From the NCBI GenBank assembly GCA_963555995.3, contig OY821641.1:2656001-2720000 (forward strand): DNA of 64,000 nucleotides, written 5' to 3'. The notes below the pieces were generated by a model. It was not told the origin of the DNA, searched no databases, and was given only the letters and a program-made list of their open reading frames with translations. The stretch's first letter is position 1. Each line of letters starts with the position of its first letter. Source of the stretch: Vicinamibacteria bacterium. Lineage in GTDB: Bacteria > Acidobacteriota > Vicinamibacteria > Marinacidobacterales > Marinacidobacteraceae. Position numbers and translations under genes: made by a program. Shown here one piece after another: positions 53,240 through 63,207 of this stretch.

Positions 53240-55344
53240 TGCGGCCGGCTCTCCCGGCTTCCCGCCGCCGGTTCCCCGGGGGGCGGGGTCCCCGCCGTCC
53301 GGGCGGCCGGGGCCGTCCCGGACGCCGTCGGATCGGGGGCCTCCGTCATCCTCACCCGCGAGGCGACGAGGTCGCGCGCCGGGGCTTCGGGTCCCGCCGC
53401 GGCCTTCGAGCTCCGCGGAGCGGACGCGACCCGGATGCGCCGCGTGCGGGCGAACGGACGGCCTCCCCGGCCCGAACGGACCAGGCGCTCCGTTCCCCGG
53501 CCGGTCCTCCGGTACCGCCAGAGCACCCGGTCGGCGATCCTGCCGAAGACGGCCGCGGCGCCCGTCCCGCTGTGATGGGGCTTCCGCACGTCGAGGATCA
53601 CCACCCCGGTGAAGATCGGATCGCGGGCGGGTGCGAAGCCGGCGAAGGAGGCGGTGTAGTCGGTCTCCGAGTAGCCGCCCGCCTCCGCCTTCTGGGCGGT
53701 CCCCGTCTTCCCCGCGATCGAGAAACCGTCCACGGCCGCATTGCGGCCGGTCCCGTCGAGGACGGCGCCGGCGAGAAGTTGACCCACTCGGGCGGCCGTC
53801 ATCGGGCTGATGACCCGCGGGCCGTCGTCCGGCGGTCGGACCTCTCCGCCGATCTCCCGGATCAGGCGAAGGGGCGCCCGGACTCCCCCCGTCGCGATGG
53901 CGTTCACTCCCCGAACGAGCTGGACCGGAGTCACCGCGATCCCGTGACCGAAGGAAACCGTCGCGAGCCGGATCGGCCGCCAGACGCCCTTCGCCGGGAC
54001 GATGCCGCGACTCTCCGCCCCGAGGGGCAGCCCGGTGAGCTCGCCGAACCCGAAGGCGTGCAGATACCCGTGCAGGGTTTCCGAGCCGAGCCGGTCGGCG
54101 ACCTGCAGCGTGCCGATGTTGGAAGACTGCTGGATGACGCCGGCGAAGGTGAGCGGCCCGAGCGGCTTCCAGTCCCGCACGGTCCGCCGGCCGATGCGGT
54201 AGCTGCCGTCGAAGGTCTCGAACTCCTCCTCCTCGTCCGTCACGCCCTCCTCGAGCGCCGCCGCCGCGGTGAAGATCTTGAAGACCGATCCCGGTTCGTA
54301 GGGGTCCGTGATGCTCCGGTTGGCCAGGGTCGCCGCCGGAAACTCGCGGGCCCGGTTGGCATCGAAGGAGGGCGCGCTGGCCATGGCCAGCACCTCGCCG
54401 GTCCGGGGCTCCACGAGGATCACGGCCCCCGACGCCGCGGGCGTCTCGACGACGGCCCGCGCGAGTTCCTCTTCGGCAACGGCCTGCAGATAGGAATCAA
54501 TGGTCAGCTCGATGTCGGCGCCCGGCCGCGATGCGCGCACCACCCGGCTTCCCCGTCCGGTGCGCCGGCCGTCGGTCCAGACGGTGCGCCGTCCCGGTTC
54601 TCCGCGCAGGACCTCGTCGAGGGCGAACTCGACGCCGCCCAACCCGTCGCCGTCGGCCCCGACGAAGCCCAGGACGTGCGCGGCGAGTTCCGCACCGGGA
54701 TAGAAGCGGCCGAACTCCTCGATGGTCCCGACGGGAAACCCGGTCTCGCGGGCGCACGCGACCTGCTCCGCGGTGGCCTTCTGCTTGAGCCAGGAGAAGC
54801 GCGAGTCCCGCCGCAACCGGCGCTCGACGAGCGCCCTCGGCGCCTCCAGGCACGCCGCCAGGCGCTCCGCCGCTGCCGGAATCGTGGCTGCCGGGTAGTC
54901 GGGAGGGACCACGTACACCGAGTCCACCGCGACGGTCAGCGCCAGCGGCCGTCCGTTCCGGTCGTAGATCCTTCCCCGGAACGGCGGGATGGTGAGTTCG
55001 TGCTGGTGCTGACTCTCGGCCCGGCGCACCATGGTCTCGTGGTCGAGGACCTGGATCTGGACGAGTTGACCCAGGATCAGCGCCCCCCACACCCCGATCA
55101 GGACCACGCCCACCATCACCCGCCGGCGCAGTTCCGCCCTCCCTCCGTTTTCCGGCGATCCGGCGCCGCCCGGCGCCCGCGTCGGCTCGGGCGCCGCGGC
55201 CGGCGCGGGTTCGCGGTGGCGCCTCGGTTTGCGCGAAGACCCCCGAGCGGCCGTCTTGAGCAGCGGCGCCGGCAGATCGGGGAAGAGGCTGTTGGGAGGA
55301 GGCTTCCAGCCGCCCGGGCTCGGCCTCTTGCGCGCGGCGCTCAT
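53236..55344 (-). CDS. ftsI: Class B penicillin-binding protein FtsI
   Basis: RGRIYDRNG, EPGSVFK (SxxK), SSN and KTGTAQK motifs. Confidence 0.95.
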   Translation of the reverse strand: MSAARKRPSPGGWKPPPNSLFPDLPAPLLKTAARGSSRKPRRHREPAPAAAPEPTRAPGGAGSPENGGRAELRRRVMVGVVLIGVWGALILGQLVQIQVLDHETMVRRAESQHQHELTIPPFRGRIYDRNGRPLALTVAVDSVYVVPPDYPAATIPAAAERLAACLEAPRALVERRLRRDSRFSWLKQKATAEQVACARETGFPVGTIEEFGRFYPGAELAAHVLGFVGADGDGLGGVEFALDEVLRGEPGRRTVWTDGRRTGRGSRVVRASRPGADIELTIDSYLQAVAEEELARAVVETPAASGAVILVEPRTGEVLAMASAPSFDANRAREFPAATLANRSITDPYEPGSVFKIFTAAAALEEGVTDEEEEFETFDGSYRIGRRTVRDWKPLGPLTFAGVIQQSSNIGTLQVADRLGSETLHGYLHAFGFGELTGLPLGAESRGIVPAKGVWRPIRLATVSFGHGIAVTPVQLVRGVNAIATGGVRAPLRLIREIGGEVRPPDDGPRVISPMTAARVGQLLAGAVLDGTGRNAAVDGFSIAGKTGTAQKAEAGGYSETDYTASFAGFAPARDPIFTGVVILDVRKPHHSGTGAAAVFGRIADRVLWRYRRTGRGTERLVRSGRGGRPFARTRRIRVASAPRSSKAAAGPEAPARDLVASRVRMTEAPDPTASGTAPAARTAGTPPPGEPAAGSRESRPQ

Positions 55345-55727
55345 CGCGTGGCCGGACTCCCGGGATCCGGACCGGCCCCCTCCGGCGCGTCCGGCGTCTC
55401 GAGGATCACCCGCTCCCCCGCCGGCTCCAGTCCATGGGTTTCGCGGGCGAGCCGCTCGACGGAGCTCGGGTCGGTGAGCTCGCTCAACTCCAGCCGGTAG
55501 CGCTCGATGTCCTTTTCGAGCCGGTCCCGCTCGAGACGGAGTTCCTCGACGCGGTAGCCGAGCCGAACGGTCTCGAGGTACGGCCAGGTGGCGGCCACCG
55601 CCGCCGCCAGCGCGAAGATCCCGATGGCGAGATAGAGGAGAAGCTGCGCGTAGCGCCGGCGGTCGAGTTTCCGGTGCAGCCACTGGTTGTCCGGGCGGTA
55701 GCTGACCTCGAAGCCCTCCGGAGTCAT
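55341..55727 (-). CDS. ftsL: FtsL-like protein
   Basis: TM helix plus leucine-zipper coiled coil, located between rsmH and ftsI. Confidence 0.8.
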   Translation of the reverse strand: MTPEGFEVSYRPDNQWLHRKLDRRRYAQLLLYLAIGIFALAAAVAATWPYLETVRLGYRVEELRLERDRLEKDIERYRLELSELTDPSSVERLARETHGLEPAGERVILETPDAPEGAGPDPGSPATR

Positions 55728-56656
55728 CGTCGGGTCTCCTCATCACGGGCCGCCGTGGACGCGCTCGCTCCGGTGCGGCGCAGGATCCGCAGGCAGGCGC
55801 TCCGGGACCGGCGGTTGGCGTCCGACTCGGCCTCGTCCGGACGGATGGGCCGCCGCGTCCCCAGCGCGAACCCGGACTGGGCGGCGAGCCGCCGGAAGGC
55901 GTGCTTGACGGGACGGTCTTCCCCGGAGTGGTAGGAGATGACCGCCAGGACGCCGGCTTCCCGGAGCCGCGCGGGCGCTGTGTGCAGGGCGGCGGCGAGG
56001 GCCTGCGGTTCGCGATTCACCGCCGAGCGCACCGCGAGAAAGGTCCGGGTGGCGGGATCAATCCGTCCCCGGCGGGGTCCGACGGCGGCGATCACGGCGG
56101 CGCGCAGGTCTCCGGTGGTGCGAAGCGGCCGGCGGGCGGCGATCCGCCGGGCGATGGCGCGGGACCGCCGTTCCCCGATCCCGAAGAGCAGGTCCGCGAT
56201 CTCGCGCTCGTCGAGCCGGTCGAGCAACTCGGCCGCCGTCTCCCCCGAACTCGGGTCGTAGCGCATGTCCAGCGGGCCGTCGTGGCGGAGCGCGAAGCCG
56301 CGTTCCGGCGTCTCAAGTTGCGGGCTGGAGAGGCCGAGGTCGAGGAGGATGCCGTCCACCCGGTCCCAACCCGCCGCGTCGAGGGCCGGCCCGAGTTCGG
56401 CGAAGTCCGCTGGGAAGAAGCGGAAGCGGGGCTCGCGGGCGGCGAGCGCGGTTGCGGCGGGCGCCGCCGCGGGGTCCTTGTCGAGGCCGAGCACGAGGGC
56501 GCCGGGGGCGGCCTCCAGAATCGCCTCGCTGTGGCCGCCGCGTCCGAACGTGGCGTCGAGGTATCGCCCGCCCGGGCGGGGAGCCAGCCAGCGCACGACC
56601 GTGTCCCGCAGGACCGGGACGTGGACTGGCGGCTTCGGCAGCTTCGGCGCGGTCAT
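55724..56656 (-). CDS. rsmH: 16S rRNA m4C1402 methyltransferase
   Basis: HVPVL, DATFGRGGH, DLGLSSPQL, LDMR and ISYHSGED motifs. Start 56656 or 56752. Confidence 0.95.
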   Translation of the reverse strand: MTAPKLPKPPVHVPVLRDTVVRWLAPRPGGRYLDATFGRGGHSEAILEAAPGALVLGLDKDPAAAPAATALAAREPRFRFFPADFAELGPALDAAGWDRVDGILLDLGLSSPQLETPERGFALRHDGPLDMRYDPSSGETAAELLDRLDEREIADLLFGIGERRSRAIARRIAARRPLRTTGDLRAAVIAAVGPRRGRIDPATRTFLAVRSAVNREPQALAAALHTAPARLREAGVLAVISYHSGEDRPVKHAFRRLAAQSGFALGTRRPIRPDEAESDANRRSRSACLRILRRTGASASTAARDEETRR

Positions 56657-56770
56657 CTCAGGACGGGTCCACGAGGAGGGTTGCGCCCGGAGCAACGGGA
56701 GCGGGAAGCGGGGCGGCGCCGAGCGGGGAGCGGGGTAGGGCTGAGCGAACATGGCTGCCGGAATCCGCCG

Positions 56771-57208
56771 TCAGATTTCCTCCTCCGCCAGGGCCGCCAA
56801 CTCATCGTCGGTGATCGGATCGGCCTCGATGTCGGCGTCGAGGCGCTCGTGATCCCAGACATGGAGATAGCGCCCGTGCCCCAGCACGTCCACCTTGCCC
56901 ACGGTGTTGGCCTTGGTCCGGGTCTGCTGCGGCAGCAGGATCCGGTTCTGGCGGTCCAGCTCGGCGACCTGCCCGTAGTAGCTGGTGACCTTCAGGAACT
57001 TCCGCCGGTTCGGGTCCAGTTCACCGCGGGCCAGATTCCGGGACTCGATCTCTTCCCAGACCGTCATGGGGAAGATGGCGACGCAGTCGCCCTTGAAACT
57101 GGTCACGAAGACCTGCGTGCCGAACTTCTTCAGGGTGGCGAGGAACGCGGCCGGAACCTTCAACCTCCCCTTGGCGTCCACGGTGGCGGGGTGGTTGCCG
57201 CGAAACAC
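56771..57208 (-). CDS. mraZ: Transcriptional regulator MraZ
   Basis: FRG...VDAKGRLKVP and ELDRQNRILLP motifs. Confidence 0.95.
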   Translation of the reverse strand: MFRGNHPATVDAKGRLKVPAAFLATLKKFGTQVFVTSFKGDCVAIFPMTVWEEIESRNLARGELDPNRRKFLKVTSYYGQVAELDRQNRILLPQQTRTKANTVGKVDVLGHGRYLHVWDHERLDADIEADPITDDELAALAEEEI

Positions 57209-57307
57209 GAGGTCTGAGGGGCGTGGGGGCGGGTGTGGTTCCCTCCCTGCCCACTCCGAGGCCTGAGTCTGGATCCAAGAGCTGAATGAGAAGGAAGGTT
57301 CGCCCTA

Positions 57308-57367
57308 TTTAACCACTTCCACCCACAAATTTCCACAAGCAAAACAATCCCCACCACCCCCGCCCAC
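57308..57367 (-). promoter_or_regulatory. MraZ-binding (dcw) boxes and dcw promoter
   Basis: GTGG repeats at 10 bp period (CCAC at 57313, 57323, 57333) next to TGGTTAAAT in an AT-rich patch upstream of mraZ. Confidence 0.65.
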
Positions 57368-57379
57368 GACGCCCCCTCT

Positions 57380-57615
57380 CGGAGCGCCGGCCCTCCGGCC
57401 GGCACCGACCGCCACGAGGCGGTCGAAACCGCACCCCGCTCCCCGTCCAAACGGCGGAACCCGCCGGGAACGCCGGTCTTCAGACCGGCACCCGCTGCGC
57501 GCAGCGCAGCGGAACCGCACCCCTCCACCTACCCGGATCACGCACCCGGCTCGGAGCGCCGGCCTCTGGCCGGCATCGACCGCCGCCAGGCGGTCGAAAC
57601 CGCACCCCGCTCCCC
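57380..57615 (+). repeat. Cluster of three co-oriented REP units (C, B, C) with ~65 bp direct repeat
   Basis: CGGAGCGCCGGCCTCYGGCCGGCAY...GGCGGTCGAAACCGCACCCCGCTCCCCG at about 57380-444 and 57552-615. Type B unit at 57466-91. Confidence 0.8.
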
Positions 57616-57626
57616 GCGGAACGCCC

Positions 57627-58691
57627 CTACCCCACGTTGAACCGGATCAACAGCACATCCCCGTCCTGCACCCGATAGTCCTTCCCCTCCAGCCGCAGCG
57701 CCCCCTGCTTCCGCGCCGCATCCCACGACCCGCATTCGACCAGGGCGTCGTAGGAGACCACCTCGGCCCGGATGAACCCCCGCGCCATGTCCGTGTGGAT
57801 CCCGCCCGCGACGTCCTGGGCGCGCGTGTTGCGGCGGAACAACCAGGCGCGGGCCTCGTTCTCGGCTGCCGTGTAGAACGTGCCGTTGTCCATCAACTCG
57901 AAGATGGCCCGGACGACCCGCTCGGCGGCGCCGGCCTCGACTCCCAGATCCCGCCGGAACTCCACCGCGTCCTCCTCGGGCAACTCGGCGATCTCGGCTT
58001 CGATCCGGGCGGAGATGGTCGCCAGCTTCGTCTCGGGGCGCGAGGACGGGGTTTCGAGCCCCGCCCAACGACCCGGGTCCCGGCCCGCCTCCTCTTCGCC
58101 GACGTTCACCACCACGAGGTGCGGTTTGGCGCTCATCAGCCCGTAGCCCACGAGCCGTCTCCGGTCGTCGCGGGAGAGCGCCTCGCGCAGCGGAACCTCC
58201 CGCTCCACCTCCCGTCGCGCCCGGTCCAGCAGGTCCCGCTCGCCCCGCACGGCCTCCGGCTTTCCCCGCGCCCGGTCGTAGTCGAGCCGGGCGATCCGCT
58301 TCTCGAGGACCGCGAGATCGGTGAGGAGCAGCTCCAGTTCCAGGTTCACCGCGTCCCGCCCCGGATCCACCGAATCGAACGGCGACGGAACCGTCGGGTC
58401 CTCGAACCCCCGCGCGACGTGCACGACGGCGTCCACGTCCCGAAGCGCCGCCAGGTTCTCCGTCTGGCCCCGCGCGCCCCGCCGGAGCGCGGGGATCAGC
58501 ACCACCTCCACGGTGGCGGGGACGATCTTCCGGGAGTCGTGGAGCCGCGCCACGATGTCCAGCCGCTCGTCAGGGACCGCCAGCACCCCCCGCCGGGCGC
58601 CCGCCGCGTAGCCCGCCTGGGCCACCCGGGTCAGGAGGGAGAACAGGGTCTTCTTGCCGGCAGCGGCGAAGCCAACGATTCCGGCGCGCAC
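57627..58691 (-). CDS. ychF: YchF-like ATPase (DUF933) with degenerate NTP-binding motifs
   Basis: VPDERLD, LELLLTDL, AGGIHTDMARGFIRAEVV and LEGKDYRVQDGDV motifs. Confidence 0.85.
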   Translation of the reverse strand: MRAGIVGFAAAGKKTLFSLLTRVAQAGYAAGARRGVLAVPDERLDIVARLHDSRKIVPATVEVVLIPALRRGARGQTENLAALRDVDAVVHVARGFEDPTVPSPFDSVDPGRDAVNLELELLLTDLAVLEKRIARLDYDRARGKPEAVRGERDLLDRARREVEREVPLREALSRDDRRRLVGYGLMSAKPHLVVVNVGEEEAGRDPGRWAGLETPSSRPETKLATISARIEAEIAELPEEDAVEFRRDLGVEAGAAERVVRAIFELMDNGTFYTAAENEARAWLFRRNTRAQDVAGGIHTDMARGFIRAEVVSYDALVECGSWDAARKQGALRLEGKDYRVQDGDVLLIRFNVG

Positions 58692-58882
58692 GGGCGGGAA
58701 ATCTACCTCCCATCGGGTGAGTCACGGCGTATTCGATCTACGACAGTCCACGTCACTCAGGTGCGGTAGGCTCCGTTCATGGCCAAGGTCGGGGGCAACC
58801 GAACCCCTTCCGTTGAGCGGCCCGTAGCGCCTACGGGCTGCGGGGCCTTCCACTTCGCGTGCCCCCGGACGGGTAGGAACCC

Positions 58883-59917
58883 ATGAGCCCGCACGCGGCG
58901 AAAGCAACGCTTCCGAGCCCCGAGCCGGTCTCTGACGCTCTGGGGGCCTTCGTCCCGAAGCCCTTCCGGCATCTTCGGGACCCGTCGCGGGACCTGCCGC
59001 GGATCGCCAAGGACGTACGGGCGATGGCCGCCATCGAATCCGCGGTCGCCCAGGTTCCCACGAAGCACCGTCTCCTGCTGGGTGATGCGCGAGGCGCCGA
59101 CCTCCCGGCCGAATCGGTGCATCTGGTGCTCACCTCCCCCCCGTACTGGACCCTCAAGGAATACCGCCGTTCGGAGGGGCAACTGGGCTGGATCGAGGAC
59201 TACGAGGCCTTTCTGGATCAACTGGACCAGGTGTGGCGGCGGTGCCAGACCGCCCTGGTTCCGGGTGGACGATTGATCTGCGTCGTCGGCGATGTGTGCC
59301 TATCGCGGCGCAAGAACCAAGGCCGGCACACCGTGGTACCGCTCCACGCGTCCATTCAGGAACGGTGTCGTTCTCTCGGATTCGACAACCTCGCGCCGAT
59401 CCTCTGGCACAAGATCGCGAACGCGGCGCACGAGGTGAATCGGGGTTCGGGTGGTTTCCTGGGGAAGCCGTACGAGCCGAACGCCGTAATCAAGAACGAC
59501 ATCGAGTTCATCCTCATGCAGCGGAAGGCCGGCGGCTATCGGAAGCCCACCCTCTCGGCGCGGACGCTCAGCGTTCTCGGCGAGGCGCGCTTCCGTCAAT
59601 CGTTCCGGCAGGTGTGGACCGACATCGCGGGTGCCTCAACCCGGGACCACCCCGCGCCCTATCCGGTCACGCTCGCCGAGCGCCTCATCCGAATGTTCAG
59701 TTTCGTCGGCGACACTGTGCTCGATCCCTTTACCGGCACGGCCTCCACCCAGATCGCCGCCTCTCGATCCGGCCGCAATTCGGTCGGGATCGAAGTGGAC
59801 ACCGTGTACTTCGAGAGAGCGTTCTTCCGTTTGCGGAATGAGACAAACCGGCTCCTGAGCACCGCCGAGGTCACCCGTGGTGACCTCCGTGCCGTAGCGA
59901 CGAATCCCGAAAGTTAG
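58883..59917 (+). CDS. Beta-class N4/N6 DNA methyltransferase
   Basis: TSPPY catalytic motif precedes HPAPYP and the DPFTGT SAM-binding motif. Confidence 0.92.
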   Translation: MSPHAAKATLPSPEPVSDALGAFVPKPFRHLRDPSRDLPRIAKDVRAMAAIESAVAQVPTKHRLLLGDARGADLPAESVHLVLTSPPYWTLKEYRRSEGQLGWIEDYEAFLDQLDQVWRRCQTALVPGGRLICVVGDVCLSRRKNQGRHTVVPLHASIQERCRSLGFDNLAPILWHKIANAAHEVNRGSGGFLGKPYEPNAVIKNDIEFILMQRKAGGYRKPTLSARTLSVLGEARFRQSFRQVWTDIAGASTRDHPAPYPVTLAERLIRMFSFVGDTVLDPFTGTASTQIAASRSGRNSVGIEVDTVYFERAFFRLRNETNRLLSTAEVTRGDLRAVATNPES

Positions 59918-59947
59918 CAGCCTGTGGTGAAACTCCGCTGGGCGGGA

Positions 59948-59976
59948 TTGAGTGCGCTGGCGGGGCTTCGTAGAAT
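59948..59976 (+). promoter_or_regulatory. Transposase promoter (leaderless configuration)
   Basis: TTGAGT-17bp-TAGAAT, 6 nt before ATG 59983. The paralogous remnant shows the same layout (TTGATG-17-TACGAT). Confidence 0.65.
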
Positions 59977-59982
59977 TTTCGC

Positions 59983-61410
59983 ATGGCTATGGGACGTCGC
60001 GGGACGCGGCGGCAAGGGTTGTGGATTGCGACCGGGGCGCTGCCTCGGAGCAAGGGGGATCCGTTTTACGAGCGTCTGAATAAGGTTCTCGGGGGGGATC
60101 GCTTTGACGAGTATGTGGAGGAGCGGTGTGAGCGTCACTACGCGCCGGACGGTCGTCCTGGGCTTGCGCCTGGGCGGTATTTCCGCTGCCTTCTGATCGG
60201 GTATTTCGAGGGTCTGGACTCGGAGCGATTGATCGCGTGGCGGGTGAACGACTCCCGCAGCCTGTTGCGGTTCCTGGGTTACGGGCCGGCGGACAGCGGG
60301 CCGGATCATTCGACGATTTCGCGGACGCGCCGTCGGGTGAGTGAGGAGACGCACGCGGAGGTGTTCGGCTGGGTTGTGGAGCGGGTGAAGCGAGCGGGGC
60401 TTCTGCGGGGGGATGCGCTGGGGGTGGATACGACGACGCTGATGGCGAACGCCTCGATGCGGAAGATCGTGCGACGGGACAGCGGGGAGGGCTACCGGGA
60501 GTATGTGAGGAGGTTGATGGAGGAGTCGGGGATCGAGGCTCCGACGTTGGAGGAGTTGGCGCGCTACGACCGGACGCGGAAGAAGCGGTTGTCGAACGGC
60601 GACTGGGCGCATCCGGTGGACCCCGAGGCCCGCATCAGTCGGCTGAAGGATGGCCGGACGCGGATGGGGTACAAGGCGGAGCACGCCGTGGACCTGGCGA
60701 GTGGCGCGATCGCGGCGGTGACGGTCCAACCCGGGGACCGCGGGGACACCAAGACCCTGCCGCAGACCCTGGACGAAGCGGAGAAGCATGTGGGGGCCGG
60801 GGCGGCGGAGGCTGAAACGCCGGGGAAGCCAACGGCTTGCCGGAAGGAGGGGAAGCCCCGGTCCTTGGTGTGTGACAAGGGGTATCACAGCGATGCGGTG
60901 ATCGAGCAGACGCGGGAGCGTGGTTACCGTTCGTACATCGCGGAGCCGAAGCGCGGGCGTCGTCGCTGGCGGGGTCGAGAGTCCCTGCGTCGCGCGACAT
61001 ACGGCAACCGTCGGCGGGTTCGTGGAAATCGCGGCACCCGGCTGCGAAGACGGCGCCACGAACTGACGGAGCGTTCCTTCGCGCACTGCTACGAGACCGG
61101 CGGGATGCGCCGGGTGTGGTTGCGGGGCAGTGGGAACATTCGAAAACGTCTGCTGATCCACACCGCTGGCTTCAATCTGTCGCTGCTCATGCGGCGCCTG
61201 ACCGGGATCGGGAAACCAAAGGGCCTCCAGAACCGGAACATGGAGGCCATGCAGCGCCACTTGTCGCCCGGACGGGCCTCCCTGTGGCGCATCGTGCACC
61301 TCTGGCGCCGTTGTCCGACCGCGATCCTCGTTCTCTTGACCGAACCCCCGTCCTGGCCGTGTCTCCACGAGCAGAAGCTCGACGCTCATTCCCGACGGAA
61401 TCCGCCGTGA
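59983..61410 (+). CDS. DDE transposase (DUF772-type N-terminus)
   Basis: GRPGLAP, SERLIAWR, PDHSTISRTRRR, GVDTT, DKGY and ERSF motifs. Confidence 0.93.
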   Translation: MAMGRRGTRRQGLWIATGALPRSKGDPFYERLNKVLGGDRFDEYVEERCERHYAPDGRPGLAPGRYFRCLLIGYFEGLDSERLIAWRVNDSRSLLRFLGYGPADSGPDHSTISRTRRRVSEETHAEVFGWVVERVKRAGLLRGDALGVDTTTLMANASMRKIVRRDSGEGYREYVRRLMEESGIEAPTLEELARYDRTRKKRLSNGDWAHPVDPEARISRLKDGRTRMGYKAEHAVDLASGAIAAVTVQPGDRGDTKTLPQTLDEAEKHVGAGAAEAETPGKPTACRKEGKPRSLVCDKGYHSDAVIEQTRERGYRSYIAEPKRGRRRWRGRESLRRATYGNRRRVRGNRGTRLRRRRHELTERSFAHCYETGGMRRVWLRGSGNIRKRLLIHTAGFNLSLLMRRLTGIGKPKGLQNRNMEAMQRHLSPGRASLWRIVHLWRRCPTAILVLLTEPPSWPCLHEQKLDAHSRRNPP

Positions 61411-61443
61411 ACGCCACTTTCACCACAGGCTGTTAGTGGCTCT

Positions 61444-62049
61444 GTGATTTCGTGGCGCGACGCCGTGCGCGACCTGTATCGGATCGCCGTGACGGAGGGC
61501 AAATCGACGTCCACCGTCCGCCTTGATTCACTGGCCGAATTCTGTGTCCAGGAACTGAGCGGACGTGGCCTGCGAGATGTCCAGAAGGAGGTCGAGATCC
61601 CCGGGGCCGGGAGAACGAAGAAATGGGACGTGGCGTGGGAGTACGACGGGAAGCACCGGTTGGGAATCTCGCTCAAGTCGCTGCTGAAGAACCTCGGAGG
61701 AACCGTTCCGAACCGGATTGATGATTTGATCGGTGAAGTCGCGAACGCGCAGTTGCATTCGCCTGAGATCGCGATCGGCTACGTAATGATCTTCAACGTC
61801 GCCGAGGACCAGTTTTCTCCGAAGCATGATTCGACATGGTTCGAACTTCTGGAGAGCCGTCTGAACTCGCTATCGGGCCGACGCTCGCCGTCGTGGACAA
61901 CGGGAACGGTGGAGGATTTCGTTCTGGTCAAGGTTGACTTCAGTCAGCGTGCCTCCATCTTGTCCACCTCGAAATCGTTCGATGCGTTCTTCGACACCTT
62001 GGCGGCACAGGTTGTGGCAAGGAATCCCAATGCCATGCGGAACCGTTGA
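61444..62049 (+). CDS. Putative type II restriction endonuclease (XhoI/PaeR7I-like PD-(D/E)XK)
   Basis: RTKKWDVA...ISLKSL...NRIDDLIGE pattern. Adjacent to the MTase once the IS is removed. Confidence 0.7.
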   Translation: MISWRDAVRDLYRIAVTEGKSTSTVRLDSLAEFCVQELSGRGLRDVQKEVEIPGAGRTKKWDVAWEYDGKHRLGISLKSLLKNLGGTVPNRIDDLIGEVANAQLHSPEIAIGYVMIFNVAEDQFSPKHDSTWFELLESRLNSLSGRRSPSWTTGTVEDFVLVKVDFSQRASILSTSKSFDAFFDTLAAQVVARNPNAMRNR

Positions 62050-62142
62050 GTCGGAAGCTACAGCGCCCTAGGACATCCAGCGCAGTTCCTCACATGCTAG
62101 GCTGGCCGACTGATCGACGATAACGTCCTCCTTGCACAACTA

Positions 62143-62430
62143 GTGTCATGTCATACGTGATGTGTCGTATATCGTGATAGTCTCCACGTCCGTCCGGCAC
62201 GGGCGAGGAGGCCACCATGAAGCGTTACGTGGTGACATTGGAGAAACAGGAGCGGGAGGCACTCGAGGCGATCACGCGCAAGGGCTCACATCAATCGCAG
62301 AAGGTGATCAACGCTCTGATCCTGCTCAACTGCGACGAGGGGGAGTACAACCCGCACCGCATGCGTGGGGAGGTGATCGCCGAGGTGCTGCGCATCAGTG
62401 CGCGCAAGGTGGACCGGGTGAAGCGGCGCC
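62143..62430 (+). pseudogene. Truncated IS630-family element (left end + HTH fragment from 62217)
   Basis: MKRYVVTLEKQEREAL...IAEVLRISARKVDRVKRR with GAGGAGG RBS. End sequence follows CTAG/TA at 62140-43. Confidence 0.75.
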
Positions 62431-63021
62431 AATACTCCCGATAACCCTCCCCCGTGTCCCGACGCACGATCCCCCGCATCGAGGCGTTCGCCAGCAACGT
62501 CGTCCCGTCCACCCGCGTCTTGCCCCGCAGCAACCCCGCCTCCTCCAAACGACGCAGCACCCACACGAGAACCTCCCCGTGCGCCTCCGCCGATATCCGA
62601 CGCCGCGTCTTCGACAACGTCGAATGATCCGGACACCGATCCGTCAGCGCCAAACCCAGGAACTTCCGCAGACTCAGCGAGTCCGCAAGACGCCACGCTA
62701 TCTGACGCTCCGAATCGCACCCCTCGAAATCCCACCAACAGCAACCGGAAATAGTGCCCCGGCGCCAACCCCGGACGACCCAGCCGCGGGGCGTAGAACT
62801 CCCGGCAGATCCCTTCCGCATACGCGTCGAAGCCCGCCTCGTCCAGCAGACCGTTCAACCGTTCGTAGAACGGATCGCCCTCACTCCGGGGCAGCTGAGA
62901 AGGCAATATCCACAACCGCCCCTGCTGTCCAACACTGCGGTGTCCCATGGCCATGCCCGCCATCGTAGGACAGCCCCAAAGTGACATCAATGGCCCCGGC
63001 CACGACTTTGGCCACAGGCCG
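62431..63021 (-). pseudogene. Truncated, frameshifted paralog of the IS1182/IS5-like element
   Basis: Two frames encode LPRSEGDPFYERLN and PDHSTLSKTRRR. End CGGCCTGTGGCCAAA sits next to CTAG at 63022-25. Confidence 0.85.
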
Positions 63022-63207
63022 CTAGGGCGCGACTGATCTCTACGGAAAGATTTTCGGTAGCAGCGCCACGCGCCTCTCGGTCCTAGCGGGGCACCTCGCG
63101 GACCAAGCTATCCACCGAGTCTCCGGTGACGAAGTCCCAGTGTTCAGGACGCCTGCTCCCTCGACTCACTCTCGGACGGCCGCCACTGCCTTCCGAACGT
63201 ATGGGCA

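Larger units (their letters stand above)
59918..61432 (+). mobile_element. Complete IS1182/IS5-like element (1515 bp) with 15 bp perfect IRs and TSD TTAG
   Basis: CAGCCTGTGGTGAAA (59918-32) and TTTCACCACAGGCTG (61418-32). TTAG at 59914-17 and 61433-36. Confidence 0.93.
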
